Assembly: GCA_025558095.1 (NCBI GenBank)
Contig: JAIVFI010000004.1
Location: 434,001 to 498,000, forward strand
Origin: Hyaloraphidium curvatum SAG 235-1
Taxonomy: Eukaryota; Fungi; Monoblepharomycota
Length of the DNA stretch: 64,000 nt
Direction: 5' to 3'
This document shows positions 1-12,288 of this stretch, piece by piece (the first letter of the stretch is position 1; each line of letters begins with the position of its first letter). The position numbers were made by a program, and so were the translations under genes. Under the pieces are notes generated by a model that searched no databases, was not told where the DNA came from, and saw nothing but the letters and a program-made list of their open reading frames with translations.

Positions 1-819
1 CAGGGAGCGATAGTGCGCGACCAGCATCGCGTTGCGGTAGGCGACAAAGTCGGCGGGGAAGCGGGTGTTCCACTTGCGCATGGTCAGGAAGACGCCCCAC
101 ACCGATCGCGCGAAGCAGGCCGGTGCGGCGGGCACATGCGGCGGCACGAAGCGTCGAATGCCGGTCTTGTTGGAGAACTGCTCGTCGACGAGGATGTTCT
201 TTTGCGGGTCGCGCACCACGGCCGAGAAGAGGAAGCTCATCTGGCCGAACCAGTTGCCGCGCAGGGCGCCCTGGACGCGGTTCAGCATGTGCACGCGCAG
301 GTCGCGGGGCGCGGCCGGCAGCGGCGTGCCGGGCAGCAGCTCACGCACGGTGCTGTGCAGCGCGACTGCGGCCAGCATGGTGTGGAACGCGTTCTGCAGC
401 ACGGTGGCCTCTGCCACGGCGAGGGCGGGCAGCATCTCCGGCGCCGCCCCGCGATCGGCGGCGGGCGCCGCGCCGGCGAACTCAAAGAACGGGCCGATCG
501 GGCCGCGGCCGCCCATTTCGCCGCAGAGCCGCGCGAACGACGGGTTGCGCGCGCCCCACGGCGGCGGCGCCTCCCGGGGAAACACCGTCCGCGGCCGCGT
601 CGACACCGCGTCGGGCGGCGGCGCGACCGGCCGGCCGCGCGGCGTCGCGATGCAAACGCCGTCGAACCGCAGCGGCGGCTCGCACGGCGCGGCCGCCCAC
701 GCGCGGCGCATCCGCGGGAACTCCGCGGCGGGCGCCCCCGGGGGCGGCCCGCGCAGCAGCAGCCACGCCGCGCACATCGCGGCCACTGCGAGCAGCGCAC
801 ACCCCCGCCGGGGGCCCAT
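1..819 (-). CDS. Type II membrane glycosyltransferase-like protein (GT61/DUF563-like), 3' end runs off the window
   Basis: Minus-strand frame from ATG 819 (MGPRRGCALLAVAAMCAAWLLLRG, an N-terminal signal anchor) is open to position 1. It contains VLQNAFHTML and CFARSVWG segments reminiscent of GT61. Not in the ORF track because the stop lies outside the window. Confidence 0.45.
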   Translation of the reverse strand, partial: MGPRRGCALLAVAAMCAAWLLLRGPPPGAPAAEFPRMRRAWAAAPCEPPLRFDGVCIATPRGRPVAPPPDAVSTRPRTVFPREAPPPWGARNPSFARLCGEMGGRGPIGPFFEFAGAAPAADRGAAPEMLPALAVAEATVLQNAFHTMLAAVALHSTVRELLPGTPLPAAPRDLRVHMLNRVQGALRGNWFGQMSFLFSAVVRDPQKNILVDEQFSNKTGIRRFVPPHVPAAPACFARSVWGVFLTMRKWNTRFPADFVAYRNAMLVAHYRSL

Positions 820-877
820 GGACCGGGGCAGGGACGCTCCGGTGCATATGGATTTGGAGAGCCTGGCTTCCACGATA

Positions 878-2721
878 TCACGTCGACACCCATTTGTGCT
901 TCACCCCGATCTTGAAGTGCTCCGGCTCGCCGTACGGCTTCACGGTCACCTTTGGCAGCCGCTTGTCCGCAGGGACATAGTGGCCGTACTCGGAGTTGGT
1001 CGCCTCGAGTTCCGCGCGCACGAGCCGCGCGATCGTCCCCTCGAGCTCCGCGACCGTGCCGGAGGCCATGCCGGCGAGGTCCTCCCGCGCGTCCAGCTCC
1101 ACCACCACGCTGAGCACGGGATCCTCGGAGGAGTCGAGCGCGGTGCCCAGGACGAATTTGCCCGTAACCCTGTGAGCGATCTCCGGGTTCTCCAGGCCCG
1201 GCCTGTCCGGAACGTCGCGCCACCGTCAGCACGAAAGCACCGCGACTCAGGAAAGCGGGTACGCACATCACCTGGTCCACGAACACGTTGGCACCGTAGA
1301 GCGAAACGGCCCAGAACGCACGACCAAAGCACCACACGAAAGGCATCCTCCTCTCTGCCCTGGCAGCGTCGGCACACCACGCAACGGCCTCCGGCAGGGG
1401 ATCGTGCCCGTTTTCGCGGCAGAAGGCGAGCACCTCCTCAAAGGAGCGGATCCCGCCGGCGTCGCCGATGTTGTACTTTACCAGCGGCGCAAGGAGGCCC
1501 AGAGCATACCTGCCCAGCGTCGGGTCGGCATACCGGGCGGGGGCGAGGGTGGAAAAGGCAAGGGTGCCGCCGGGCGTGAGCTCCATCATGCGCTGGCAGG
1601 GATCGAATTGCATGAGGCTGGGGAGGCGGTCCCGGCCAAAGAGGGCGCGGGCAAGTTCGGGACGGGAGGCGAGGAAGCGGCGAACAGAGGTCGACAGGGG
1701 CGTCTCGCAGGCGAGGACGCCGGCATCCGCGGTGCCGTAGATCGAGACGATGTGGCAGGCTGCACGGATGTCAGAATCCCCTCGATCGATAGGCACATCA
1801 CTGCACAGAACTCACGAGACTTGATGCCGGTCCGTTCCATCAGGAGGTTGCGCCAGGTTTCGCTGAATACCTCGCCAGCAAACACGCAGCGCAGGTTGTA
1901 CTCCTTCCACGGCACACCCATCCGTATCCCAGCGTCCACGCACGTCTTGAAAAAGGGAGGGTACGAGAGCACGACCACCGCCTGGTAAAGCGGCGCGAGC
2001 TCTCTCACGACGCGCAGGATTTCGGGCGGATCGTTGCCGGGCGAGACGACCGTAACGTCGTACCCCTTCAGGGACAGGTTGCGGGTGCAGACAAACGTGA
2101 AGAGACCGCCAACCCAAGTGCCCAGGGGCAGGGCGTTGATGCACAGCGTCTTTGTGCGATCGGCGAGGAACGAATCCCGGAAGAGCTGCTCGAAACGATG
2201 GGTAATGGCAAGCTCGTCCGTCGCAAAGCGGCCCCAGAAGGTGGGCTGGAGAAACGAATCAGTTGAGCGCCCAAATGGTCGAAAAGTGCCGAACGCACCT
2301 TCCCACCGCTGCCGCTGCTGACGTGCAGCACGTCAAAGTCCGACATTCCATCCTCCTTGCCGCCGAAAGAGCGCTCGGACAGGGGATACAGATTGACGTA
2401 GTTTGACTTTTCGACGAACGGAATCTTGCCCCACGTCGCGGAGAAGCGGTCGGCATCCGCGGCAGAGGCGTCCAGCGACGCAATCTCCTCCGGATTCAGT
2501 CCCTGGTCCTTCAGGAACTTTGTGTAGGCTGGAACGCCCTTCGCGGTCGAAGAAAGGACGTGCAGCGCGTTCCGTCGTGCTTCCTCCGGCAGAAGCGTCC
2601 CGTCATTGGGCGCAAACACCGATTCGTCCAGGGGAGTCGAGATGAAACGTGTCAGCGCGGCCAGATACGCCCGCGATCGTGCCGCGGCAGGTGCCTGCGG
2701 AGCGGCTGCGGCTTCGGCCAT
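878..2721 (-). CDS. Phenylacetate-CoA ligase / F390-synthetase-like adenylate-forming enzyme (multi-exon)
   Basis: Motifs HVSSGSGGK-PTFW (A3 loop), LGTWVGG, YPPF, FAGEVFSE, SIYGTADAG, KYNIGDAG and FGR..SLYGANVF across ORFs 2068-2721, 1586-2008, 282-1796 and 878-1117. Confidence 0.85.
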
Positions 2722-2996
2722 CGCTTCTACGACCAGGGAGACAGACCGCTGCCGCGATCACAAAGGGATCAAGAACGAATAACAGAAGAGTTTCGCGGGA
2801 CGGGATCTGGGCTGAATCGAGCTTGCAACCGGACATCGGGGGCAAAACGCGGCTGCTTTGCTCAAGAGTCTCCTTTTCGGACGCGTCCGAGGCGGCTGAC
2901 CGGGGCCGCGACGCCGAAACGTCGTTTCGCGGTACCAGCATCCCAAAGACGTCGGACCCGGCAAAAGGGCGCTAGTAAACGGGACTGCCGGCAGAA

Positions 2997-3911
2997 ATGA
3001 TGGGCGATTCTGGCATCGTCACGGTCTGGGTCGATGGGGAGGCATCAAAGTCGGAGAGGCGATTTGACAAGGGGATGACCATCCGGAAGCTCAAGGTCGG
3101 TGCCGCGGTTCCACCGCAGAACCTAGCACGGCTGACAACGCCAATCCTTCATCAGGAGCGCTTGGAGCCCCTTACTGGCGTGCCATGCAACACGATGAAG
3201 CTCGCCCTCTACGACCGTGCGGACCAGCCGCGCGGCCTAATGGACGACGACGAAAAGATGCTTGGCTACTACGGCGTCGAGGACTTTTACCGGATTGTGG
3301 TCACCGATCTCGACAATCGGAAACCGCGGGGGGAGTTCACGGACCTGTCGCAGGTGGAGAAATTTGAGATCACCGAAGAGGAGTATGACAAGAAAGAAGG
3401 TGGATCCAAACGGCCAAGCACGGAAGGCAACGACTAAGATGATTGACAGACAGTGTTCGTGCTTTTAAGCGGCGGCATAAGCTCGGACGTTTCGCGGACG
3501 GCGCGTCGAATTCGTCACCTTCGCCGGACGACTTTGCCGAAGAGGCCGCGCTTATCTCTGTCGGTCAGCGATGCGAGGTTACTTCGGGTGCCGGCGGCTC
3601 CGGAATGGACGACGACGGCGCGGATGCGTTCAGAAAGCGGGGCGTGGTCAAGTACGTGGGACAGGTTCCGGAGCTGAAGGCCGGCTGGTGGATCGGCGTG
3701 GAGTACGACGAGCCGGTGGGCAAGCACGACGGCAGGTGAGTTTGTTCTGCACCTGTAGCGGTGTAGACATGAACTAACCTTCTACTCAAGTGCCGGCGAA
3801 TCCCGCTACTTCACAGCGCGGCCTCGACACGGTGCTTTTGTCCGACCCAACAAGGTCGCCGTGGGCGATTTCCCCGAGGAGGACCTGGACCTGGAAATGG
3901 ACGAAATCTGA
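2997..3911 (+). CDS. TBCB: Tubulin-folding cofactor B (Ubl + CAP-Gly)
   Basis: SERRFDKGMTI..LK ubiquitin-like domain, VEKFEITEEEY..DSVRAFK linker, WIGVEYDEPVGKHDG CAP-Gly, ends ..EMDEI*. Confidence 0.95.
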
Positions 3912-4044
3912 AGCACTTTCGCGCACATAGTCGCGTTGATTGTGTTTATGCTGTACATGACAATCCATCGATATCCAATCTGAGCATCAGGCTCCAGACA
4001 GAGTGCAGTCGTCCCACCTCCCCCGGCTCCCTACACAACCAGGA

Positions 4045-4559
4045 TCAGCTCATCCAGCTCTCCTCGACGGTTTCGCGGACCTTCTTGTTGTACTCTTTCC
4101 TGTTCTCCATGAACAAGCGCGCCGCCTCCGCGTTGGCCGGGCTGCTCGGATTCGGGTCGTGCAGCAGGCTCTGGATGCTGGTCAGGATCGCCGAGACGTC
4201 GTACGTCGGCGACCAGCGGTTCTGCAGAATGTCCAGGCAAAGGTCCCCGTTCGCGTAGACGTTCGGGTGGAACATCCGCGACACGAACTTGACGTGCGGC
4301 GGTTTGGTCGGGTACGACTCGTCAAATGTGAGGATGAGCTTGAAGGTGCCGTCCTCAAAGGGTGTTTCTAGAAACAACGACGTTGTCAGTGAGGGAAGAC
4401 ACGATGGAGAAGTGAACGAAGCCCACCCTCGGGACCGAAGATGACCGCGTTCCAGAGCAGCACATTGTCGGCGAGAGGAGCCCCAGAGATGCCAGCAGGC
4501 GGGTCCGTCTGCAGTTTCTTCAGATCTCTCATCAAACGGCGCTTGGCCGGCGTCGACAT
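4045..4559 (-). CDS. RAD6: Ubiquitin-conjugating enzyme E2 Rad6/Ubc2
   Basis: [12 protein letters not shown]..., [26 protein letters not shown]; two exons. Confidence 0.97.
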
Positions 4560-4930
4560 CGTTGCACGGTGGACGAGTCCGGTTCTGGCGATTCGCGATG
4601 TTCTCCCAACCAACTGCCTCCGAGCAGATCGTTCTCCGGCAACCAAAGCAGTCGAAAGCTGCCTCTGTCGCGCGGCCAAAGAGTCTCGAGGCGCTAAGGT
4701 TCGCCCTAAGCCTGCGATGCCGTGGCCCCTGGCAAAGTGTCTCTGGGCTGGCCGAGTCCGACCCTCGCGGCCGCCCGCACGGGTTCCCAATCCGGCCCCG
4801 GGATTTTCCCCAAGCCGCGAATACTCGTCGTCACGCGACAGCAGACACGTCAAGACCTGGTCACGCGATCTCCTCTTGCGGCCTCTCAAAGGCTGGGGTG
4901 GCGCGGCAAACCTTGAGTTCGATCTCATCA

Positions 4931-6979
4931 TCAGCAAACCTTCGTGAATACAGCAGTGGTGCAGTTTCCGCAGACGATCATCTGCTCCGCGGCTACCGTG
5001 GTTCCTTTCCCCGGCCCTGCGCGCACCGTCGTCGGCCCCTTGCCCGCGAGCTGCATCCTCCCCTTGGAATCCGATCCTGGGTACGGCAGCGGGTCCGTGT
5101 ACGCCGGAACGGAAGTGTTCGAGCGCCGCTTCTCTCGCCCGATGATCTCGCCGTCCGAGTTCTTGACGTCGCGCGACAGGTTGAGCTCAAAGTCGGTGTT
5201 CATACCTAGATCGATAGATCGCACATCAGATCTCGCCTGATCTGCGCCAGGATTGGGAAACTCACCCCATGCCATCAGGTCCTTTCCATACTCGACGTTC
5301 GTGGATTTGTCGACGTAAACGTTATCCATGACCGCGACGATGTGGGTCGAGCCGATGGCGATCGAATTGAACCCAATGGGCTTCACGGCCTTGGTCTCGT
5401 CGTCCCATTCGAGCAGACCAGACAGCGGCTTGATTTTGGCCGGGAAGTTTTGCACGTGGTTGTAGGTCCCGTTGCCGAGCTGGCCCCACTGTCCCATACC
5501 GCTGGCAAAGACTTCGTTCGAGGGCAGCTTGCCTGTCAGATCCTCCACCACGATCACCGAGTTGTTGCCTCCGGCGGCGACCTTGACGGCACGCTTCTTG
5601 CCGGGCTTGGCGCGCGAGCCGGTGCGGTTCCAGACTGTCGTGATCTCGTGGGGATAAGAAACGCGCTGTACAGTCTCGTCAAACTCGAACGTGGCCAGTT
5701 GCTTCAACCGCAAGTCAGCGCGAGATCCGAGAGCAAAGCTAGAGGATACGTACTCCGTAATGATTCGCGCCAAACGAGTAGGCTCGCCCATCCTTTGTCC
5801 TCACGACAGCATGCTCGTCGCCGGCAGCGATCTCGAGAACCGGAGCAAACAGCTCCACCTGCTCCATTCTCGTCTTCCACCGGGGGTCCGATTCTGGCAC
5901 CGACGCATCAGCCACAGGCGGCTGGAGGTGGTTGAGCCCGAGCTGCCCCGCGCTGTTGCCGTGCGAATCCGCTGCCACGGTGTATATGCGACCCGACGAA
6001 GAGAGAGCGACGAGAAAATGGAGGCCCGCCACAATATCGACGATCCTTTCGCCTCGCGGGGCATCGGCAGGGAGCTCGAGCTTGGCCACGAAGGCCGAGT
6101 TTTCGGCAGACCCGCCAAAGAAGCTGAACCACGAGCCGGAAGATTGGTTCTTGGCAGCAGCGTCCGAATTCGCCGGCGGAGCGGTAGAGATGGCGTAGAC
6201 GGAGCCATCTGCGCCGATCGCAAACGCCTTGTTCTCCGCCAGGGCCAGCTTCTGCAGCTTCTTGCCTTTCACCGTCAAAGCCGGCGATGCCGGTTCCGTG
6301 GAGGCTTGCGATGCCAGTGTGCTCGTGCCCCATTGGTAAAGGTCACCGTTCAGATCGATGGCGGCTGCGGGAAGATGTCAACGAAAAGGATCAAGCGAGC
6401 AGGATCTGCTGATCGTACCGGCGTGGCGTTCCGCAAGGGCCAAATCTTTGAGAACCCAGCCATCAAAGAACTCCAGAAACCGCGGCACTTTGATTGGAGA
6501 CTCGGTAGGAGCGTCCGGCGCAGCTATTCCGAAGCTGCAAGGGATGAAACGTCAACGAGTTCCCGGAAACGGCGTTCAGGCGGTTCATACCGATTGCTGC
6601 CCCAAATCCAAACGCCGGGCTGATCGCGCGACATTTTGACCTGGTCGTTCCGCTTCCCGGTAAACGAGATCTCGCCCATTCCGGGGCTGGCATCAGCGAC
6701 TTGCTCCGCATAGACCTTGTGTTCCCGGTTCAGCAGGAGCAGCCCAGCAGCAGCCCCGGCAAAAAAGATCGGTAGAAGCGAGGGCGACGGTGAAGCTTTG
6801 GCATCAGAGTGGGAATCGGAGCCGGTGCGTCTTCCGGAAGATCCCGAGGAGATTGTCCGCCGACCCCTGGGCGCGACGACGGCTCCACGCCCTGCCGGAG
6901 AGCCCGCCAGGCGTAATAGAACGCGTCCCTGAGCCGGTCCAAAGGCCGCTGTTGTCGCTCCCCTCACAGGAGTCGCCAT
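4931..6979 (-). CDS. FMP25: Mitochondrial RCC1-repeat protein (Fmp25-like)
   Basis: Arg-rich presequence plus TM segment, then RCC1 repeats ([49 protein letters not shown]). Confidence 0.8.
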
Positions 6980-7416
6980 AGTGACGTGTGCGCTCAGACC
7001 CCGGGCAGCCGGAGCGAGCATCACGAGCTCAAGCAACGCGACCGAGAGGAGCAGGACCAGCAGTATGTCCGAGAGACAGAAAAGGAGCCCGAGCGATCAA
7101 TATGAGAGAGCAGAACTCGAAAGAGACCAGTGTGCGAAGTTGGATCAGAACGGCCGCATTTCCGTTTCGTCACTCGCCTGCGATCGCTTGGCCGCCAACG
7201 ACGCGGTGTCAACAACCGTCGCGGGCAACCGAAGGGACGCCGGACCCTTCTTGAATGCGGATCCCGTTTCCTGGGATCGCGAATTCAATCCTTGAGGCCA
7301 AATTTGCCTTCTTCGCCGCCTCTTCGGCCGACGTTTCCGGGCTCTGCTTGAGCTCGAAGCTCCGTTTTCTTCCCGTCAATCGGACCACCCCGTCGCGGTT
7401 AAAGTCGAAGAAAGCA

Positions 7417-9011
7417 ATGCCGCCGAAGAAGACGGAAGTTGTTGAGGTGGAGATGGCCGTCGGAACTGGGGATCGACCGTGGGCTGATGTGTGGACGGCT
7501 CCGATTCCAGAAACCGCCGTTGGGACGGCCCGGCAACAACTTGAAAAGTGGGCGCCATTCGGCTTTTCTGGGCCACAAGGAGCTGATCCGGTGCCGGCTT
7601 CTCGCGATCGCCGCGTCCGTTCACCTCTCCAGTTGGCATCGTCGGCCTGCCCAACGTCGGCAAGTCGTCGACGTTCAACGCCCTCACCAACTCTTCGGCC
7701 AACGCGGCCAACTTCCCTTTCTTTGAGTTCCACTCTCCTCAGTTTGGCATGCAGCCGTCCTGACCCACCGCGGGCCCACAGGCACCATCGACCCCGAGGA
7801 GGCCCGCTGCGCCGTTCCCGACCCCCGCTTCGACTGGCTCTGCCAAACGTACAAACCCGCCTCCAAGGTGCCGGCCTACCTGACCGTCATTGACATTGCC
7901 GGGCTAGTCAAGGGCGCGTCCGAGGGACAGGGCCTCGGGAACGCCTTCCTGTCCCACGTGCGTGCCGTGGACGGCATCTTCCACGTGGTGCGGTGCTTTG
8001 ACGACGACGACGTCGTGCACGTGAACGAGGAGGGCGTGGACCCGGTGCGGGATCTCCAGGACATCCGGGAGGAACTGAGGCTCAAGGACGAGGCGGCGAT
8101 CAACAAGCAGGTCGAGGAGCTCGGGCGGGTGGTGGCGCGGCTGGGGACCGGAGGCACGGCTCAGGACAAGGCGAAGAAGGAGGAGTTCGAGACGCTGAAG
8201 AAGATCCAGAAATGCATTGTGGATGACAAGAAGGAGGTCCGACAAGGGGACTGGTCGGCAAAGGACATTGAGGTCATCAACTCGCTGTACCTGCTTACGG
8301 CCAAGCCCGTGATCGTGCTTTGCAACCTGAGCGAGAAGGATTTTTCGAAGAAAAAGAACAAGTGGCTGGCTAAGATCAAGCAGTGGGTCGACACCACCAA
8401 CCCCGGCGACCTCATTGTGGGACCCCTTGGGATCGTTCTTGTTTTAGTGCAGTTCTTGACCGGGAACCCCGCAGATACCCTACTCCGTCGTCGTGGAGAC
8501 GAAATACGCGAGCCTCACGACTGATGATGAGCGCGCGGCGTACGCGAAAGAGCTGGCAGAAAAGCACGGCGTCGACAAGCCCGTGACCTCGGCGCTTCCC
8601 AAGATCATCGTCGCGGGCTACCAGGCGCTGCAGCTCCAGTACTTCTTCACGGCAGGCGAGGACGAGGTGCGGGCGTGGACGATCCGCAAGGGGACCAAGG
8701 CACCGCAGGCTGCTGGTGTTATGTGGGTTTGGACCGGTGCCGCGATGTTCTTCCCTGACCTCCGCGAACCAGTCACACCGATTTTGAGCGGGGCTTCATC
8801 ATGGCCGAGGTGATGAAGTACGAGGATCTGCACGAGTTGGAGACGGAATCCGCCGTGAAGGCGGCGGGCAAGTACGTGCAGAAGGGGAAGGATTACGTCG
8901 TCCAGGATGGGTACGTAGCCTCAGCGGTCGCCGCCATCGTTCTGACAGTCCTCTGGCAGCGATATCATTTACTTCAAGTTCAACGTCACCGCACCACAAA
9001 AGAAGAAGTAG
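7417..9011 (+). CDS. OLA1: Obg-like ATPase OLA1/YchF (multi-exon)
   Basis: [15 protein letters not shown](C)[48 protein letters not shown]. Confidence 0.97.
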
Positions 9012-9457
9012 ATTTGCGACGGATGTGGCGTGCTGTGGACGTTTATGACTAGAGCTCTCTCAACGACGGCTTCGCGTGACCGTGTACTGCATCACGACCG
9101 ATGACGCAAACTGGGCGCGGCTTAAACAGAAAAAGAACCATTTAGGTTGCTCCGATTGCTGTGCGTGGAGTTTGCCTGCTGGGGGATATCGGACGTATGT
9201 TGAGGCGTGGCTCACACTCCGTCCCATTCGTTCCGCGCACTGGCTCATCGCAAACTGCAGCGTGACCGTGAGAGAATCTTGCACATGGCATGGGAACCGG
9301 ACTGGCAAATTTGGTTTGAAGGTCCAAGCCAAGAACCCTGATCACCATTACCCCCCAACAACATCTCGCTACGAGGCAAACCCGCGAAAGAATACTTAGT
9401 TCCGCATGACCAGCATCAGCAGCAGATTCGGAGTCCCAATTCGCACCCTCCTGAACG

Positions 9458-12114
9458 TCACGCCGGCGCCGGCTCGGCCGGCCGCGCCTCCCCCTCCCCG
9501 GCCTCCCCCGCCGGCGGCCTCCAGTCCTCCACCGTGAACTCCCCCTGCTCCCTCCTCACCCTGCCCCTCCACCACCGCACCGAGACCTCCCTCCCAACGC
9601 CGTAGCAGAACCCCGCCAGCGCCGACCTGCTCGCGCGCGAGCGGAGCAGCTCCGCCGCAAGCCACCGCAGAAAGTCGGCGGCCAGGTACGCCCCGGCGGG
9701 GATCAGGGCCAGGTACGGGTGCAGCAGCGCCGCGCACGGGTGCACGAGGTACTCGCCGAGGAAGGCGACGACGAAGGGGAGGAGGAGCGTGTGCGCGACG
9801 AGGTGGTAGACGTGCGTGCGGACCGTGCGCACGTCGATGGCGAGGAAGGCCTCGCGCGGGCCGGGCACGTGCGCGGCTGCGGCTGCGGCTGCGGGCGGGT
9901 TGTTGGCGGGGGGTGCCGCCGCCGCGGGGTGCGGGTTGTCTGCCAATGGCGGGCGATCGGGCGACTGTGGGCGTCCGATGTCGGGGTCGCCCTGCGCGAG
10001 GGGCCTCACGGCTTCCGACGCGCGCCCGCTCGACCTGCGCACGTGGCCCGGTTCCCTGCTCCGGTCCTTCCGCCTGCGCACGACCGACACCGTCGGCGGC
10101 GACTGCGGCCGGTACGGCACGGGCGTCGGCTGGTGCAGGAACGGCGCCTCGTGCTGCGCGGCGTCCACGTCGGCGGGCCCGCGGCCGTCGACGCGGACCA
10201 GCGGCGGCCCCGCGGGGATCTCGACGACCTCGGGCGCCGCCGGCGGCAGGTCCGCGAGAAGCACCAGCTTCTCCTTGCCCTTTGCCGTCGTCCGCGGCGG
10301 GTCCTCCGGGGACGGCGGCGCGTCGTCCCCGCTCCCCTCCTTGCTCCTATCCTCCTCCCCGTCGGCCGCGATCGTCCCCGGCGTCGGCACCGGCGAAGCC
10401 GGAAGCGGCGACGGCCCGTCCGGGGACTGTCCGTCCGGCGACGCATCCTCCGCCGGCCCGGCCGCCCCGCCCGCCCGCTCCGGCGCGCGCATCTCCCTCT
10501 CGGCAAACGGCAGCCCCGCCGGTCCCGGCGACGCCGGCGGCGGCGCGATCTGCAGCGCCGCGCCGCCCCCGCTGTGCAGATACGGCGGATCACCCCACCC
10601 AGGCGGCGGGCTGGCCACGCGCTGACCCCACCCTTCCCTCGCGGCGGTCCGCGCGGCGCGGTCGGCCCGCCGGCGCTCGCGCACCTCGCGGCGCTGCCGG
10701 TTGTTTGGCGGAGGGACGGCGAGCGCGGCGGGGCGGAGGTTGCGGGGGGCGACGCCAAAGGTGGGGGCCTGGGCGCGGAAGAAGCGGGAGCGGATGACGG
10801 CGAGGAGGATGTTGGCGCGCTCGTACTCGACGTAGAGCGCGCGGGGGACCATGGCATTGGGCTGAGGCTGCGGGTCCGGCCCGTTTCGGGCTACTCGACA
10901 CGGGTTCAGTCTGGACAAGCTGGGGCGGCACAACGCAGCAACCCACCCTGGTTCGCGTTCCCGTTCTGGCGGTCCTCGAGCACAAAGATCTTCAGGACAA
11001 AGGAAGTCGAAGAGATGGCGCGCTGGCTCGTGACGACGCTCGCGTTCGGGAACGACACGGCGCGCGCCAGCCTGCGCAGCTGCTGCTCGTCCGCGCGGTC
11101 CGCGCGCTCGCGCTCTCCGTTCCCCTCGGGCCGCGGCGGCGGCGCCGCCTCGTCCTCCTCGTGCGCGGCGATCTCGTCCGCGACGGCCGGAACGGCCCAC
11201 AGCATGCCCGCGGCGGCGAGCGCGGCCACAGGCGGGAACGTCTGCAGCCTGGCCATGGCTGCCCAGCCGAACTTGCGGCGCACCCACAGCACGGCGCGCA
11301 GCACGAGCAGACGGTAGGCGTACGACGGCAGGTCCGCTGCGACGGCCAGGGTGGCGAGCACGGCGTGCGAGCCGGGCATGCCCGAGAGCAGCGATGCGGT
11401 GAGCAGCAAAAAAGCAACGTCCAGCGGCGTGAACAGCATGGCGACCAGCGCGAGCGTGAAGAGGCGGTGGTAGGCGCCGGGCGCCAGCGACGGCTGCCAG
11501 GCGGGCGCGCCGTGCTCGAGCACGCCGGCGCCTTGGCCCAGCAGCGCGTTGAACGCCAGCCGGCCGTACTCGGCGGCCAGCAGGTACGCCCCGTAGGTCA
11601 GCGCCGCGACGAACAGGGCCGCCGGCGTCAGCGCGTACACGTCGGCCAGCGAGTGCGCGAAGCGGATCAGCAGCGGGCGGCGGTGCGGCCGCACGGCGTA
11701 CGGCTCCTGGCACGACGGGCACAGCACCGGCCGCAGCGGGTCGCCCTCGCGCTTGCGCGCGACCCACGTGCGGATGCAGCGCTGGTGGCACGTGGCCGTC
11801 GACCCGCGGCATCTGCTCCGCACCCCCCGAGAAGTGGTCCAGACGGCACATAGGGCACCGAACACGGCGAATAGACACGGATCCGGGGGTTGCCAGTCAG
11901 ATACCATTTCCTGCTTAGCAGCCTAGCGGGCTCACCGGCACGGGCGCACCCAGTCGTGCGGCGCGCGGGTGTCGGGCGGCCGGTCGCGGTCGTCGTCCTC
12001 CGTCTCCAGGCAGATCCAGCACTGCCGCGGCTCGGGGCGCGGCAGAGGCGGCGACTCAGGCGACGCCGCGGGCGGCGGCGACCCCGCGCCGTCGCCCATC
12101 CCGCGGTCGCCCAT
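9458..12114 (-). CDS. Membrane-associated RING-CH (MARCH-type) E3 ubiquitin ligase
   Basis: CWICLETE...WVRPCR|CRGSTATCHQRCIRTW...CPSCQEPY RING-variant, followed by several hydrophobic helices, a long Pro-rich loop and C-terminal TM segments. Confidence 0.8.
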
Positions 12115-12288
12115 CCGCGGTCACGGGTCGAGTGGTCGGAATCTGCAGTCGGCTCTAACCGCCGTTCGGGGTCGCGTCCCTTTTTCTGGCTTCGAGTGAG
12201 GGTCTAACCGCCGACAATACCTTTTCTTGAAACCGCCCTTCCTCGAGGTTTCCACGGCTCCGGACGCGTCGGCGGCCCGCCGCGCGCC

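Noticed and set aside
13-1579. Long + strand ORFs here and many similar Arg/Ala/Pro-rich ORFs elsewhere (e.g. 9719-11317, 49890-51104)
   Set aside because: These are antisense or alternate-frame shadows of real genes, expected in high-GC DNA, and show no domain motifs.
9100-9160. SECIS-like hairpin (ATGA...GCAAACTGGG/TTTAGGTTGC...GA) downstream of OLA1
   Set aside because: The GA quartet is out of register, the AA motif is too far from ATGA, and OLA1 ends in TAG with no in-frame TGA.
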